Assembly: GCA_027357065.1 (NCBI GenBank) | Contig: DAHVVZ010000045.1 | Span: 1 to 36,641, forward strand | DNA: 36,641 nt | Source: Candidatus Saccharimonadota bacterium | GTDB taxonomy: Bacteria; Patescibacteriota; Saccharimonadia; Saccharimonadales; UBA4665 | Direction: 5' to 3' | In this document: piece after piece, positions 34,975 to 36,641 of the stretch | Position numbering within the stretch: position 1 is the first letter of the stretch | How the letters are laid out: the number at the start of each line of letters is the position of its first letter | The notes under the pieces: generated by a model | What the model saw: only the letters and a program-made list of their open reading frames with translations | Told to the model about the DNA's origin: nothing | Database searches by the model: none | Program-made: the position numbers and the translations under genes

Positions 34975-36204
34975 TTACTTCTTAGAAAAGCGCTTAAGCA
35001 AGTTATCGATTACCGGAAATGACTGGGTTAGTTTGGCTTGTGGCAGTATCGAATTCGGCAGCAAAAGCATGTCTAGCATCATCAAACCAACCACCGTGCA
35101 ATAGGCCGGACCTTCGACAGTATCCACTAAGCCGCCGACATTTTGAATCTTTCCGACACGAGCCGGCAACTGCAATTTGTCACGCGTAAATTCTGCTATA
35201 CCTGGCAAGGCTGCGCTGCCACCGCTCAAAACCACCCCTCCCGGCAATTTATGCGATCGCTTAATCCTAACCAGTTCTTTGTCTACTAGTTCAAGCAGCT
35301 CTTCAATCCTAGCCTCGGTAATCATCGCAATATCACTTACGTCAAAACTGTAAGATTGCTTATTAACTCTAACGGTCGCCGTTGTCTTATCGTGCTGAGG
35401 CAGTAGCGAGGCATGCTCCAGTTTTACCTTCTCCGCTACATCTAAATCAGTCTTCAGTCCAATCGCCAGATCATTAGTTAGATTAATTCCGCCCGCCGGA
35501 ATCACCGCTACATGCTGAATTTCACCGTCTTCAACTACGATTAAGTTGGTAGTGCCGGCTCCTATATCCATGACTAGCGTTCCGGCCTCTTTTTGCTGAC
35601 GACTGAGAACGGCTTCGGCCGCGGCCAAGCTGGAGACAGTGTAGTTTGTTGGGTTAACTTCAGCTTTCTCAAGAGCTTGCGCAAGATTACGTAGGTTGGG
35701 TGTGGCGCCAGTTACGATATGGGCATCAACTTCTAAGCGGATACCGTGCATACCTACTGGATCTTTGATGTTTGTTTGGCCATCTAAGGAATAATTTTTG
35801 GCAAAGAATTGAATAATCTCGCGATTTGGAGGTAATGAGACGACGGTCGCAGCTTCCTCGACTCGCATTCTGTCTTCTACAGAAATCTCGCGATTGGCGG
35901 CACTAATTGCAATCACTCCCTTAGAGTTAAAGCCCAGCACGTGCGAACCGTTTACGTTTACCGTAGCACGATGAATCTGTTGTCCACTTATCCGTTCAGC
36001 TTCATTGATTGCCTGGATAATAGCTTCCGCTACATCGTCAACATGTACGACCATACCCTTGCGCATGCCACTGTTTTTAGCTGAACCGTGCCCAATAACC
36101 GATAGTTTACCGGCTGAGTTTTGATCAATCATGCCAACTACACATCGAACCTGGCTAGTACCGATGTCTAGACCTACGAAGCAATTAGTTTGCGAGTCGC
36201 GCAT
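34975..36204 (-). CDS. ftsA: Cell division protein FtsA
   Basis: 409 aa with the actin-fold phosphate motifs GLDIGTSQV and MDIGAGTT. A C-terminal amphipathic helix (IDNLLKRFSKK) is present. Confidence 0.95.
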   Translation of the reverse strand: MRDSQTNCFVGLDIGTSQVRCVVGMIDQNSAGKLSVIGHGSAKNSGMRKGMVVHVDDVAEAIIQAINEAERISGQQIHRATVNVNGSHVLGFNSKGVIAISAANREISVEDRMRVEEAATVVSLPPNREIIQFFAKNYSLDGQTNIKDPVGMHGIRLEVDAHIVTGATPNLRNLAQALEKAEVNPTNYTVSSLAAAEAVLSRQQKEAGTLVMDIGAGTTNLIVVEDGEIQHVAVIPAGGINLTNDLAIGLKTDLDVAEKVKLEHASLLPQHDKTTATVRVNKQSYSFDVSDIAMITEARIEELLELVDKELVRIKRSHKLPGGVVLSGGSAALPGIAEFTRDKLQLPARVGKIQNVGGLVDTVEGPAYCTVVGLMMLDMLLLPNSILPQAKLTQSFPVIDNLLKRFSKK

Positions 36205-36211
36205 TGTGGTA

Positions 36212-36241
36212 AGTATAACGCTAACTCTTTACCTTGGGCAA
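36212..36241 (-). promoter_or_regulatory. ftsA promoter candidate positioned for a leaderless transcript
   Basis: On the minus strand the -35 TTGCCC is at 36241-36236, followed by an 18-nt spacer. The -10 TATACT is at 36217-36212 and ends 7 nt before the ATG at 36204. No SD lies in between. Confidence 0.4.
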
Positions 36242-36362
36242 GGACGTAAACGTAGCTTGAGCCATTTTGAAGCATAAATACTCTTTTTTCATCCCTAGAA
36301 CAGTTAATTAGTTCTTCTCGTTAGCCATAAAACATTAACCTGGCAGGGTTCGGCCAAAGAAT

Positions 36363-36641
36363 TTAGTTTGGTCTCTGGGTTAGAATTTCAGCGCCATCAT
36401 TAGTTATCAGGACGGTGTGTTCGAAATGAGCACTAAGCGAACCATCCCGAGTACAGACTGTCCAACCGTCTGGTTTTAGTATGACTTGTTCACTGCCTAG
36501 CGTAGCCATTGGCTCAATGGCGATCGTCATTCCGGCTTTTAGCCATGGACCGGTATTGGCCCGGCCATAATTAGGGATGTTCGGGTCTTCGTGCAGTTCA
36601 TGACCAACCCCATGTCCGACTAGATCGCGCACGATTCCGTA
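36363..36641 (-). CDS. map: Methionine aminopeptidase type I (3' portion; 5' end beyond the window)
   Basis: The fragment contains GHGVGHELHEDPNIPNYG and EHTVLIT metal-ligand motifs. The reading frame stays open to the window edge. Confidence 0.9.
   Translation of the reverse strand, partial: YGIVRDLVGHGVGHELHEDPNIPNYGRANTGPWLKAGMTIAIEPMATLGSEQVILKPDGWTVCTRDGSLSAHFEHTVLITNDGAEILTQRPN

Noticed and set aside
1-36641. CRISPR arrays, IS elements, integrases, toxin-antitoxin pairs, restriction-modification or other defence islands.
   Set aside because: There are no spaced direct repeats and no terminal inverted repeats flanking ORFs. Every ORF above about 90 aa is assignable to a housekeeping family, apart from one membrane protein and a few small accessory enzymes. 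The window looks like core genome.

Overview
The window is a dense, roughly 90% coding, almost entirely housekeeping stretch from a small-genome bacterium. Gene content, compact proteins and Firmicutes-like synteny with metabolic genes missing suggest a Patescibacteria/CPR organism such as Saccharibacteria; that placement is inference only. I call 34 CDS, 30 of them on the minus strand. They cover cell division (ftsEX, ftsA, ftsZ), translation factors (prfA, prfB, prmC, frr, tsf, hpf), ribosomal proteins (S2, L31, L21), four aminoacyl-tRNA synthetases (serS, lysS, proS, ileS), secA, lepB, greA, parAB, proteases (M16, RseP, CPBP, HtrA, a small zincin), nrdR-nrdJ and a 3' fragment of map. I recognise no rRNA, tRNA, CRISPR array, transposase, integrase or phage gene. 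I do not see a convincing novel multi-gene system; this reads as core genome, not an accessory island. The most interesting signals are cis-regulatory. (1) The ileS leader is a T-box with an apparently ultrashort Stem I and an atypical expression platform. (2) NrdR-box-like operators lie upstream of nrdR, and a 12-nt near-palindrome is shared with the nrdJ upstream region. (3) The rpsB 5' leader is structured. (4) A GGTATAnT extended -10 motif recurs, and several genes (ftsA, the Trx-like gene, rpmE, lepB) look leaderless or nearly so. (5) A 506-bp non-coding gap between rplU and parA remains unexplained. TGA is used as a stop codon and both RF1 and RF2 are encoded, so the standard bacterial code (table 11) applies. 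All promoter and RNA-structure calls were made by eye and need computational or experimental confirmation.
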